DNA from: Escherichia phage vB_VIPECOMC06
Sequence record: PQ416618.1
DNA: 64,000 nucleotides
Strand: one strand, 5' to 3'
Part shown: positions 26,860 to 35,927 of the stretch, piece by piece
Position numbering within the stretch: the first letter of the stretch is position 1
How the letters are laid out: every line of letters begins with the position of its first letter
The notes under the pieces: model-generated
Told to the model about the DNA's origin: nothing
The model's database searches: none
Seen by the model: the letters and a program-made list of their open reading frames with translations, nothing else
Program-made: the position numbers and the translations under genes

Positions 26860-27537
26860 ATGAGCACTGATGTTATTATAGATTTTGAAACATTCGGCAA
26901 TACATCAAAAGCGGCTGTTATTGACCTTGCGGTTATTGCATATAATTCCGGCCCTGAAGTTGTTGAATCATTTGAAGAACTTGTTCAACGAGGTAAGCGA
27001 ATTAAATTTAATTTAGCTTCTCAGAAAGGGAAGCGAGTTTTCGCTAAATCCACTATGAAATGGTGGAAAGAACAATCGGCTGAAGCACGTAAAAACTTGG
27101 CTCCGTCTGAAGACGATGTCACTACGCTTGAAGGCATTAAAATCTTTTTAGATTATTGTCGAGCTAATAAAGTTGACCAATGGAAATCACAGATGTGGTG
27201 CCGTGGTATGAGCTTTGACTTCCCGATCTTGGTCGATTTGATTCGTGACCTCTATCGTGATGAAGGTGTTCTTGAACCAGATATTGATACTGATAAATTA
27301 GAACCGGTTAAATTCTGGGCTCAACGTGATATTCGTACGGCAATCGAAGCTTACTCGTTGACACGAGGATTAAGTATGTGTCCATTACCGATGGGTACGC
27401 TAAAAGGATTCATTGCCCATGATAGTATTCATGATTGTGCTAAAGATATTTTGATGTTAAAATATGCTCAGCGTTATGCGCTTGGCCTTGAAGATGTCCC
27501 TGAGAATCCTGACCCGTTAAGTGTAAAACAGCGATAA
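26860..27537 (+). CDS. dexA: Exonuclease A (DexA), DnaQ-like 3'-5' exonuclease
   Basis: 225 aa; DEDD exo motif I IIDFETFG; directly downstream of dda as in T4. Confidence 0.8.
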   Translation: MSTDVIIDFETFGNTSKAAVIDLAVIAYNSGPEVVESFEELVQRGKRIKFNLASQKGKRVFAKSTMKWWKEQSAEARKNLAPSEDDVTTLEGIKIFLDYCRANKVDQWKSQMWCRGMSFDFPILVDLIRDLYRDEGVLEPDIDTDKLEPVKFWAQRDIRTAIEAYSLTRGLSMCPLPMGTLKGFIAHDSIHDCAKDILMLKYAQRYALGLEDVPENPDPLSVKQR

Positions 27538-27542
27538 AACCA

Positions 27543-27572
27543 GTTTACAACCAAGGATGGTTGGAGTATAAT
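27543..27572 (+). promoter_or_regulatory. T4-type early promoter (-35 GTTTAC, -10 TATAAT)
   Basis: GTTTAC 27543-27548, 18-nt spacer, TATAAT 27567-27572. Confidence 0.55.
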
Positions 27573-27601
27573 GAATTCAATTAAACAAAGAGAGAGAAAT
27601 T

Positions 27602-28057
27602 ATGATTACTATTGGTGAAATTAAGTATGTATCGCCTGTATCTCGTTCTAAAGCTGCAGGACGATTGGTTGAAGTGGTGGGACTTCGCACAAATGGCATG
27701 GGACGCATTAAAGAAGTTAAAGTTCGAATCATTCATAACTCCGGGCAAAAAGATGTTCAGTTCGCTTATGTAAGTCCTAAATTCTTGGAAACTCCTGCGA
27801 GCGCTCATTCTGCTTCTACCGAACCTAATGTACAGTTCAAATGGGCCCTTTGCAAAGGCGTTGAATTTATAACCGATAAAGAATTTGATTACATCGACGA
27901 ATACGGTTATCCAAGCAAAACTGATACTATGTGTGGCTTCATTAGTGACCAATGGGTTGAAGATGGTGAAAAGCTATACAATATCGTATTCTTAGGTGAC
28001 TTCCGAGTTGTTAAAGAATCTGAAATCACTCGCTATGTGTCTCCTCGTAAAGCTTAA
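27602..28057 (+). CDS. Hypothetical protein, paralog 1 of a tandem pair (151 aa)
   Basis: Shares motifs with the next ORF (KAAGRLVEV / KVAGKLVEV; KLYNIVF; WVEDG). Confidence 0.5.
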   Translation: MITIGEIKYVSPVSRSKAAGRLVEVVGLRTNGMGRIKEVKVRIIHNSGQKDVQFAYVSPKFLETPASAHSASTEPNVQFKWALCKGVEFITDKEFDYIDEYGYPSKTDTMCGFISDQWVEDGEKLYNIVFLGDFRVVKESEITRYVSPRKA

Positions 28058-28066
28058 GGAATTATT

Positions 28067-28486
28067 ATGAATATTGTAAATCTCTCTACAGGTGATTACG
28101 TATATGTATCTGTTGCTTCTCACTCTAAAGTTGCCGGGAAGTTGGTTGAAGTTCTTTCTGTGAGTGATCCGGTTTTTGGACGTAACCAAGTTAAAGTTCG
28201 TGATGCTAATGGTAATATTGGTTACGTTAAAAGCCAATTCATTGAACCAGAAGAAAAAGCGTTCAAATGGGGACTATGCAGATCAGTTTCTGTTGAAAAA
28301 GACCATGAATTCACTATTGCTGCGGCAACTGATGGAACACCGTGGAAAACTAAGCAAATCGCCGGATTTATTAGCGACCGTTGGGTAGAAGATGGTGTTA
28401 AGCTTTATAACATCGTTTTCGCTGGACAGTTCATGGTAGTTCCTGAATTCCAAATTAAAAAATATAGCCCAGCTGCTTTCGCATAA
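28067..28486 (+). CDS. Hypothetical protein, paralog 2 of a tandem pair (139 aa)
   Basis: Clear sequence similarity to ORF 27602..28057. Confidence 0.5.
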   Translation: MNIVNLSTGDYVYVSVASHSKVAGKLVEVLSVSDPVFGRNQVKVRDANGNIGYVKSQFIEPEEKAFKWGLCRSVSVEKDHEFTIAAATDGTPWKTKQIAGFISDRWVEDGVKLYNIVFAGQFMVVPEFQIKKYSPAAFA

Positions 28487-28490
28487 AGTT

Positions 28491-28519
28491 GTTTACTTCT
28501 CCTCCGGTTTTGATATTAT
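28491..28519 (+). promoter_or_regulatory. T4-type early promoter (-35 GTTTAC, extended -10 TGaTATTAT)
   Basis: GTTTAC 28491-28496, 17-nt spacer, TATTAT 28514-28519. Confidence 0.55.
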
Positions 28520-28545
28520 AACCATATCAACCAGAGGAGAATAAT

Positions 28546-29070
28546 ATGTTAGTTTACCGCGTAGAACGTAGTTTTTGTACTCAACGTGAATCATTACCAG
28601 GAATTGCTATCGAAGATGGTAAAGCCGTCAGAATTTGGGAAACCTCTTGGAATAAAGAACCTCGCTCGCCATACGGTTGGTCGGGCACCGACAACTCTGA
28701 AGAAACATGGGAGTTCCTTGATAAGCATGGAATAATCTCAGGTAACTTCTACCATCACGGCGACAACTATAATGTCCCTAATCGTCCTACAGTAAATGAA
28801 GACAAACTCCTTGAACAAAATATCTTAAGATACCATAGAATTGAGCACACATTTGAATTGAGTGAAGATTGGGCTCAAGGGTTCTATTTTGGATTTGAAA
28901 GTGTTGACGCGGTTTATGCATGGTTTGATGACCAGATGGATGTTGAACTCTTGAAAGCTAAAGGATACTACATCGCGATCTATGAAGCACCTGATTTCAT
29001 CCTCGGAAGTTGTCAATTAATGTTTAGACGTTCATTGGCAGAACAAGTTGATTTTATTTTGCTAAAATGA
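28546..29070 (+). CDS. Hypothetical protein (174 aa)
   Basis: RBS agaggag; early promoter upstream. Confidence 0.5.
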   Translation: MLVYRVERSFCTQRESLPGIAIEDGKAVRIWETSWNKEPRSPYGWSGTDNSEETWEFLDKHGIISGNFYHHGDNYNVPNRPTVNEDKLLEQNILRYHRIEHTFELSEDWAQGFYFGFESVDAVYAWFDDQMDVELLKAKGYYIAIYEAPDFILGSCQLMFRRSLAEQVDFILLK

Positions 29071-29099
29071 TGTACAACAACTACGGTCTATGATACTAT
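29071..29099 (+). promoter_or_regulatory. Early promoter variant (-35 TGTACA, extended -10 TGaTACTAT) with palindrome ggtcta / tagacc around the -10
   Basis: TGTACA 29071-29076; TACTAT 29094-29099; inverted repeat 29085-29090 / 29099-29104. Confidence 0.5.
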
Positions 29100-29127
29100 A
29101 GACCTATCAAAACAAGAGGAGAATATT

Positions 29128-29355
29128 ATGAAACGTCAAATCATTAAAAACGTGACTACTGATTCAAACATCGATGAGTTTGAAGATGTTCTGTTTAATC
29201 CTGATTTAGTTGTTGTACAGAAAAACTGGACCGAATTTTTATGCTACACTGAAGTGGTTTACGTTTATGAAAAACTCGGTGATGAAATGCCTATCTATGG
29301 TATCTTCCGTGAAATCACTGAAAACGGTACAACTTATTGGAAGGAAACTTACTAA
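29128..29355 (+). CDS. Hypothetical protein (75 aa)
   Basis: RBS agaggag upstream. Confidence 0.45.
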   Translation: MKRQIIKNVTTDSNIDEFEDVLFNPDLVVVQKNWTEFLCYTEVVYVYEKLGDEMPIYGIFREITENGTTYWKETY

Positions 29356-29765
29356 TGGCTAATAAATTCCGCGTTAACTCATGGTACCAATTTATAGATA
29401 AACGTGCCCAAGAAGAGTTTATTAAAGACCACACTGATAACGGGATTTATGCACGACGTCTTGGCATGGAACCATTTAAAGTATTAGATGTTGACCATCT
29501 TGGTCGTCCTACTAAAATTGTGACATCTACTGGCACGGTTGGATACGCAACAGGCGGTGATATTCTTGATGAAAACTTTATCTGGCTCTCTACTAGTGAA
29601 GCAGAGTTTTTTGACGAAGTGGGAAATCCATATCAAGCGTCTGAAGAGCAAGATTCTGGTGAACTTGACGAATTGACTGAATTTCCTGTGATGACGATTA
29701 CTATCGAAAATAACGACCAGGCATGGTCTTTGTATCAAATGTTGAAAGCACATTTTAAGGAATAA
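29355..29765 (+). CDS. Hypothetical acidic protein (136 aa)
   Basis: ATG 29355 in a TAATG overlap with the upstream stop (track start 29337 is an upstream TTG). Confidence 0.45.
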   Translation: MANKFRVNSWYQFIDKRAQEEFIKDHTDNGIYARRLGMEPFKVLDVDHLGRPTKIVTSTGTVGYATGGDILDENFIWLSTSEAEFFDEVGNPYQASEEQDSGELDELTEFPVMTITIENNDQAWSLYQMLKAHFKE

Positions 29766-29767
29766 TA

Positions 29768-29947
29768 ATGCCGTTATACGACTATAAATGTCAATCTGAA
29801 GATTGTGGTCATGAATATGAAAAAATTAAAAGGATCTCTGAACGAGAAAACGATGTTTGCCCTGAATGTCATCGTCTGTCTACTCGTCGGGTTTCTGCTC
29901 CTAAACATGTAAATGGTGGTTTTTACGACTTACTTAAGAAGGGTTAA
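29768..29947 (+). CDS. FmdB-like zinc-ribbon protein (59 aa), absent from the ORF track
   Basis: MPLYDYKCQSEDCGHEYEKI...CPECH: Cx4C ... CxxC zinc ribbon; starts 2 nt after the upstream stop and ends 2 nt before the next ATG. Confidence 0.45.
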   Translation: MPLYDYKCQSEDCGHEYEKIKRISERENDVCPECHRLSTRRVSAPKHVNGGFYDLLKKG

Positions 29948-29949
29948 TT

Positions 29950-30375
29950 ATGGCTTTTAAAGGTTTTGAAGTTGGTAAGAAATATCGTATTATCAAAGGA
30001 CAGGAAGATAATTTCTTGAGAATGCTTAATACGACTGGTAAACGTCTTAATACTAATCTGCATACTACTTTATTGTCCAAAGATTTTATTGTAGAAGAGA
30101 TGATTGGTTACGGCGTTTCGATTATTGCTGTAGAAGCCGTAGGCGATTATGGCCGAACTATTCATAGTATGCAAGGTGATATTCTGCTTTATGGTGCAGA
30201 ATTTAAATTCTTTGAAGAAGTTCCGGAACCAGATACAGCTGTCGATTTCAAAAAAGGCTCTGTAGAATTTGTTGATGGTTCGGTGATCGTATCAGGTGAT
30301 GTGGTCATTACAGTTAAAAGTGAACAAGGGCGTTTGGCTGCAATTGATGCACTTCAGAAAATTAAATTTAAATAA
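29950..30375 (+). CDS. Hypothetical protein (141 aa), upstream of gene 39
   Basis: Followed by a clean intrinsic terminator. Confidence 0.5.
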   Translation: MAFKGFEVGKKYRIIKGQEDNFLRMLNTTGKRLNTNLHTTLLSKDFIVEEMIGYGVSIIAVEAVGDYGRTIHSMQGDILLYGAEFKFFEEVPEPDTAVDFKKGSVEFVDGSVIVSGDVVITVKSEQGRLAAIDALQKIKFK

Positions 30376-30392
30376 GGGCTTCGGCCCTTTTT
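30376..30392 (+). terminator. Rho-independent terminator (gggcTTCGgccc plus TTTTT)
   Basis: GC stem with UUCG loop directly after the stop, followed by a 5-T run. Confidence 0.8.
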
Positions 30393-30438
30393 GCTTTAGA
30401 TTTCGGATGATAGAATACCTTCATAACGAGGAGACAAC

Positions 30439-32256
30439 ATGATTAAAAATGAAATTAAGGTATTGTCAGATGTAGAACATATTAAGAAACGCAGTGGCAT
30501 GTATATTGGTTCTTCGGCCAAAGAAGCCCACGAGCGTTTTTTGTTTGGTAAATATCAACAAGTTGAATATGTTCCTGGTCTGGTTAAATTAATCGATGAG
30601 ATTATTGACAACTCGGTTGATGAAGCTATTCGTACATCATTTAAGTTTGCAAATAAAATCGATGTGCAAATTAAAAATAATCAAGTTTCGGTGGAAGATA
30701 ACGGACGTGGTATTCCTCAAGGTTTAGTTACTGACCAAACAGGTGAACAAATTCCTGGGCCTGTAGCAGCCTGGACTATTCCAAAGGCTGGCGGCAACTT
30801 TGGCGATGACTCTGAACGCAAGACTGGTGGTATGAACGGCGTCGGGAGTAGTTTAACTAATATCTTCTCTACGTTGTTTACAGGCATCACGTCAGATGGC
30901 GAAAATGAAATCACCGTTAACTGTTCAAACGGAATGGAAAACAAATCATGGTCTTCTAAGAAATCTAAAGGTAAAGGCACTAAAGTAATCTTCACTCCTG
31001 ATTTCTCTTCATTTGAAGAACATAATTTATCTCAAATTTATTTAGATATTACTTTAGACCGACTTCAAACGTTGGCAGTCGTTTATCCTGATATCAAGTT
31101 CACATTTAATGGTAAAAAGGTTGATGGTAATTTTAAACGATTTGCTAAACAATTTGGCGAAGATAACATCATTCAAGAAAATGATAAAGTCTCTATAGCA
31201 TTCACAACATCACCAGACGGCTTCCGTCATTTAACTTATGTGAATAACATCCATACTAAAAATGGCGGTCATCATGTTGAATGTGTAATGGATGATATCT
31301 GCGAACATCTTTTGCCGGGTATTAAAAAGAAATATAAGGGTATTGAAGTCACTAAAGCTCGTGTTAAAGAATGCCTCACAATGTTGATGTTTATTAGAGA
31401 CATGAGCAACATGCGTTTTGATTCTCAGACTAAAGAACGTTTAACGTCAACGTATGGTGATATTCGTAATCATATCCAATTAGATGCTAAGAAAATTGCT
31501 CAGGCACTTCTTAAAAACGAAGCCTTGATTATGCCTATTGTTGAAGCAGCATTAGCTCGTAAATTGGCAGCAGAAAAGGCTGCAGAAACTAAAGCAGCTA
31601 AAAAGGCAACTAAAGCTAAGGTTCATAAGCATATTAAAGCTAACCAATGCGGTAAAGATGCAGATACGACATTGTTCTTAACAGAAGGTGATTCAGCAAT
31701 TGGTTATCTCATTGATGTTCGTGACCGTGAACTACACGGCGGATTCCCATTACGTGGTAAGGTGATGAATAGCTGGGGTATGTCATATGCTGATATGATG
31801 AAGAACAAAGAGCTCTTTGATATCTGTGCTATCACAGGTCTTATTCTTGGTGAAAAGGCAGAGAATACAAACTATCGTAATATTGCAATTATGACCGATG
31901 CCGATCATGACGGTCTTGGAAGTATTTATCCGGCTTTGCTTGCTTTCTTTAGTAATTGGCCTGAATTGTTTGAACAAGGACGTATTCGCTTTGTTAAAAC
32001 TCCTGTAATTATTGCACAAATTGGCAAAACTCAAAAATGGTTTTATACTGTAGCTGAGTATGAAGAAGCTAAAGATACACTGCCTAAGCATAGTATTCGA
32101 TACATCAAGGGATTGGGCTCCCTTGAAAAGTCAGAATATCGTGAAATGATTCAGAACCCTGTGTACGACGTAGTTAAACTTCCTGAAAATTGGAAAGAAC
32201 TCTTTGAAATGTTGTTGGGTGATGATTCAGAACTTCGTAAAGAATGGATGTCCTAA
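30439..32256 (+). CDS. 39: Topoisomerase II large subunit gp39, unsplit form (GyrB-like GHKL ATPase plus TOPRIM)
   Basis: 605 aa; GHKL motif EDNGRGIP, TOPRIM LTEGDSAIG; continuous through the region that is a separate gene 60 in T4. Confidence 0.9.
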   Translation: MIKNEIKVLSDVEHIKKRSGMYIGSSAKEAHERFLFGKYQQVEYVPGLVKLIDEIIDNSVDEAIRTSFKFANKIDVQIKNNQVSVEDNGRGIPQGLVTDQTGEQIPGPVAAWTIPKAGGNFGDDSERKTGGMNGVGSSLTNIFSTLFTGITSDGENEITVNCSNGMENKSWSSKKSKGKGTKVIFTPDFSSFEEHNLSQIYLDITLDRLQTLAVVYPDIKFTFNGKKVDGNFKRFAKQFGEDNIIQENDKVSIAFTTSPDGFRHLTYVNNIHTKNGGHHVECVMDDICEHLLPGIKKKYKGIEVTKARVKECLTMLMFIRDMSNMRFDSQTKERLTSTYGDIRNHIQLDAKKIAQALLKNEALIMPIVEAALARKLAAEKAAETKAAKKATKAKVHKHIKANQCGKDADTTLFLTEGDSAIGYLIDVRDRELHGGFPLRGKVMNSWGMSYADMMKNKELFDICAITGLILGEKAENTNYRNIAIMTDADHDGLGSIYPALLAFFSNWPELFEQGRIRFVKTPVIIAQIGKTQKWFYTVAEYEEAKDTLPKHSIRYIKGLGSLEKSEYREMIQNPVYDVVKLPENWKELFEMLLGDDSELRKEWMS

Positions 32257-32278
32257 GCTCCTTCTGGAGCTTCATTTT
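32257..32278 (+). terminator. Hairpin plus U-rich tail after gene 39 (gctccTTCTggagc, ttcatttt)
   Basis: 5-bp stem directly after the gp39 stop with a T-rich tail. Confidence 0.5.
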
Positions 32279-32298
32279 AATTTTAATAAGGCTTAATT

Positions 32299-33399
32299 AT
32301 GAAAGTTATGTTTATCCCATCTCGTGCAGTCCCATTTAATCCTGACCGTGTACAAGGTGGTCTTGAAGCAGTACATTTAAATGTGTTGAAATATCTTGTG
32401 TCCATCGGTGCTGATATTGATTATATCGGCTTTGATAATGACACGTTTGGTGACTGGAAAGTTACACACCATCCTGTTGGTCATCTGACTAAATTTAGCC
32501 TAGGTATGAGTTATACTATGGCTCGTAAGATTGTTGAACTAGCCGGCATTCATGAATACGATTTTGTTGTTACTATGGAACCGACTAAACTAACCGTTCA
32601 GGCAATTAAAGACGCAGGTCTCTCTAAAGTTCATAAGAATTTTATGGCAACACCATTTGAACCGGTATCTCGTGGCATTGTTCAAATTTGGGACCAGACT
32701 ATTCAAATTCATAAGAATGGCGGCAAGAGTTATGCTCCTACTAAAGCCTTCCGTGAATTTGAACGTAAATATTGTTATATGACTTCAGGTCTGACTGACA
32801 AAATTGATTATGATTATTGGCGAGCAAATCCGTTGTTTGAAGCCGAAGATTATCCGGTTATTTGTTTGAATGAGAAACCTGAAGTTCTTCCGGCGACTGA
32901 TCTGATTATTAGTGCACAACGTTATGACACTAAAATGCGTCGTACTGATGTTGCTCTTGAAGCGATTAAAGCACTAGGCGAAAATGGTGTAGGATACTGT
33001 CCTAGTAAATGGGCACCACCAGCTAAATATCCTGTTATTATTGATGCTCCACACAGTGAAATCATGGAACGTCTTAAAACAGCTAAAGCGCTTATTAATA
33101 CATGTCCTGACACAGGTACGGTAGAGAATAGTTCTATTGAAGCCATCTCTAAAGGTGTCCCTGTAATCCAGTTAGTTTTTAAGGATTATCCTCATGCGAC
33201 ATTCGAATACGACCCAGATACTGTGCGTGTAGAAATTGATTCCTCTACTCCTAAGAAAGAAGTAGTTGCGCTTTACACAAAAGCTGTATTAGAATTCACT
33301 GACACATACGAAGCTCGAGTTAAACGTGCTGAAGCAGTATGGAAGAAGTATAACCGAGATGCAGTTGTTGCGATGTGGGATAAAATCTTCACAGCGTAA
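32299..33399 (+). CDS. GT-B fold glycosyltransferase (GT4-like); candidate DNA hydroxymethylcytosine glycosyl/arabinosyltransferase
   Basis: 366 aa; C-terminal GT4-like E-x7-E motif with G-x-P-V-I (VENSSIEAISKGVPVIQ); N-terminal MKVMFIP...GG.E typical of a GT-B N-domain; not recognisably T4 alpha-gt or beta-gt. Confidence 0.65.
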   Translation: MKVMFIPSRAVPFNPDRVQGGLEAVHLNVLKYLVSIGADIDYIGFDNDTFGDWKVTHHPVGHLTKFSLGMSYTMARKIVELAGIHEYDFVVTMEPTKLTVQAIKDAGLSKVHKNFMATPFEPVSRGIVQIWDQTIQIHKNGGKSYAPTKAFREFERKYCYMTSGLTDKIDYDYWRANPLFEAEDYPVICLNEKPEVLPATDLIISAQRYDTKMRRTDVALEAIKALGENGVGYCPSKWAPPAKYPVIIDAPHSEIMERLKTAKALINTCPDTGTVENSSIEAISKGVPVIQLVFKDYPHATFEYDPDTVRVEIDSSTPKKEVVALYTKAVLEFTDTYEARVKRAEAVWKKYNRDAVVAMWDKIFTA

Positions 33400-33491
33400 A
33401 TCCTGAATTGCCTGGGGCACTATTACACATAAGATGATAGATTATATGGTCTTTAGTAATAGTGCCCTAGGAATCTACTGAAGAGAATATT

Positions 33492-33692
33492 ATGAGAACA
33501 TATAACGTGGACTTGGAACTTTTTGATAAAGCAGTGCTCCGGGAATTCCGGCTTATCCAAAGATTTTTTGATATCGAGTCAGCAGAGTTCTTTAAAGAAC
33601 GCTTTAAAGAAATTCGATATAAAATACAAACCGATACAGCTACTAAAGAAGAACTTCTTGAAGTAGCAGAAATTTTTAAACGTAACTTGTGA
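33492..33692 (+). CDS. Small protein in the rIIA.1 position (66 aa)
   Basis: ATG with RBS gaagaga; immediately upstream of rIIA. Confidence 0.4.
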   Translation: MRTYNVDLELFDKAVLREFRLIQRFFDIESAEFFKERFKEIRYKIQTDTATKEELLEVAEIFKRNL

Positions 33693-33704
33693 TGAGAGAA
33701 AAAT

Positions 33705-35918
33705 ATGATTATTGAAACGGCTAAAGAAACGATTATTGGTTCAGGTGGTAAGAGCACAGCATTTACTATTCAAGGCAATAGCAAAGTTTATAAGATTTTG
33801 TCTAATGACCTTTATACAAACAAAGAATTGGCTTGTGTACGTGAATTAATCACAAACTGTATCGATGGTCAAATTCTTAATGGTTGCACTGATAAGTTTA
33901 TTGTTCAGGCTCCAGGTCGTTTAGACCCACGTTTTGTAGTTCGAGACTTTGGTCCTGGTATGAGTGATTTCACCATTCGAGGTAATGACGAAGAGCCAGG
34001 AATCTATAACTCATATTTTGCTTCAACTAAAACATCGAGTAACGATTTCATTGGTGGATTCGGACTCGGCTCTAAAGCTCCACTAGCATATACCGATACG
34101 TTTAACCTTACGTCTTATCACAATGGTGAAGTTCGTGGTTATGTAATTTATCAAGATGACACAGGTCCACAGATTAAGCCAACCTTCGTAGATAAGATGG
34201 GTCCTGATGATCGGACCGGCGTTGAAGTAGTTGTGCCTGTTAACCCAGAAGATTTTGAAAAGTTCGCATCTGAAATTGCATATGTTATGCGTCCTCTCGG
34301 TGATATTGCAGAAGTTCGTGGTGTTAAAGATATCAAATACTTCCCGGAATTCGATGATGTTTATTTAGCCAAGGAAGCTCCATGGGGTGAACGTGGTAAT
34401 ATCATGGCTGTTTATGGTGGTATTGTATATCCAATCGGAAGTGTTATTAAAGAACAAACATGGATGATGACGCGATGCACTACAGCTTATATTAAATTCC
34501 CTATGGGTGAACTAGATGTAGCCCCGTCTCGTGAAGCATTGTCATTTGATAAACGTACAGTAGCAAATATCCATAAACGCGTTGCAGAAATCGATGCTAA
34601 ATTGTTCGCTGAAGATTCTAAGAAATGGATTGATTGTAAATACCCACGTCATGTGTTCCGTGAAATTGATTCTCTTGGCTATACCGCTCGCAAATACATG
34701 GAAAAGGCTGGGTCTAATATTGAATCACTGAAATACTCTAAAGAACAACTAACTTATTCCGAGTTGTACAAACGTTTTAAAATGGGACCTGAGTGGTGTA
34801 ATCTTGGCGTCGTATACGATATCGTTGAATCCCCTCGTCTTCGTCGTATTCGTGAAAGCGGTAGCTCAACGGCAACCATTTCAATTAACAGTCTGATTGG
34901 CATTAACATTAAAAATGTTGAAATTGTTATTGACGACGTTAAGGGACGCGTTCCATTAATGCGAGCTCTTAATTCAATTGAAATGTCTAAAGACGAGGTT
35001 AAATTAACCGGTAAAGTTCCACGCGGTTTTGGTAAAAGCGTACTATTCGTTGACCCTACAGACGAAGATGCAATGAAACTTCTGGAACGCCTTAAAGTTA
35101 TCTTTGATGGCGACAACATTAACATGTACAAGACTTCAGAGCTTTTACAAATCGTTAAGCCATGGATTGAAGTCAAGAAACGGACTAATGAGCCTCGTCC
35201 TAAATCCCCGAGTGCTCATCGATTCTTTAAGAATGAAAACGATGTTTGGGTATCAGAAGACCTCTTTATTCCGGCAAGTGAAGCAGATGAAATCCAAGGT
35301 TATGCTATAGTTCGTAATCGTTCTAATGCTGAATGTCTTGACGCAGATAAAGGTTGGTTGAACTATGACTCCAATTTCTTGACTCGTATTGCTGATTTGT
35401 CAGGTATTAAAGAGTTCACTGTAGTCCGTCCACAGATTGCTAAGAAAGTTCGTAAACTTGGTGAAGTAGAATGCTTGTTCGAAAAATCAATTAATGACTA
35501 TATTACGCTAATTGATAAAGTGGATTATGATGAGTATGTATCACCAAGTCGTAGAGCACAGCCTTATTTGAATCATATTACTCGTAATGAAGAGCTTAAC
35601 TTCCTTAGTAAATATTTTAGCTCTAAGAACAAAGAAATCAGTAAAGATTTTGCAAAACTTTCAACAGTAAATAATCGTTGGGGTTGGAATCGATTCTCAG
35701 GTGCTACTAACAGAGATCTGAATAAGAAGTTAGAATTGTGTGCTAAAATTTTCGATAAGCTTAAAGATAATGCTTACGATAATGATGATAAAATGGTTAT
35801 TGAATTTGAAACCAATTATCATATTGTGTCAGAATACATGGGACGACGTGGTACTCTTTCTAAAGAACAGGTCGCTCAAATCGTTAAATTCATGAAGGCC
35901 GTGGAAGCGGCCAAATAA
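33705..35918 (+). CDS. rIIA: rIIA protein
   Basis: 737 aa; N-terminus MIIETAKETIIGSGGKS...RELITNCID...RDFGPGMS (GHKL-like) matches T4 rIIA; followed by rIIB. Confidence 0.9.
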   Translation: MIIETAKETIIGSGGKSTAFTIQGNSKVYKILSNDLYTNKELACVRELITNCIDGQILNGCTDKFIVQAPGRLDPRFVVRDFGPGMSDFTIRGNDEEPGIYNSYFASTKTSSNDFIGGFGLGSKAPLAYTDTFNLTSYHNGEVRGYVIYQDDTGPQIKPTFVDKMGPDDRTGVEVVVPVNPEDFEKFASEIAYVMRPLGDIAEVRGVKDIKYFPEFDDVYLAKEAPWGERGNIMAVYGGIVYPIGSVIKEQTWMMTRCTTAYIKFPMGELDVAPSREALSFDKRTVANIHKRVAEIDAKLFAEDSKKWIDCKYPRHVFREIDSLGYTARKYMEKAGSNIESLKYSKEQLTYSELYKRFKMGPEWCNLGVVYDIVESPRLRRIRESGSSTATISINSLIGINIKNVEIVIDDVKGRVPLMRALNSIEMSKDEVKLTGKVPRGFGKSVLFVDPTDEDAMKLLERLKVIFDGDNINMYKTSELLQIVKPWIEVKKRTNEPRPKSPSAHRFFKNENDVWVSEDLFIPASEADEIQGYAIVRNRSNAECLDADKGWLNYDSNFLTRIADLSGIKEFTVVRPQIAKKVRKLGEVECLFEKSINDYITLIDKVDYDEYVSPSRRAQPYLNHITRNEELNFLSKYFSSKNKEISKDFAKLSTVNNRWGWNRFSGATNRDLNKKLELCAKIFDKLKDNAYDNDDKMVIEFETNYHIVSEYMGRRGTLSKEQVAQIVKFMKAVEAAK

Positions 35919-35927
35919 GGAAACATT

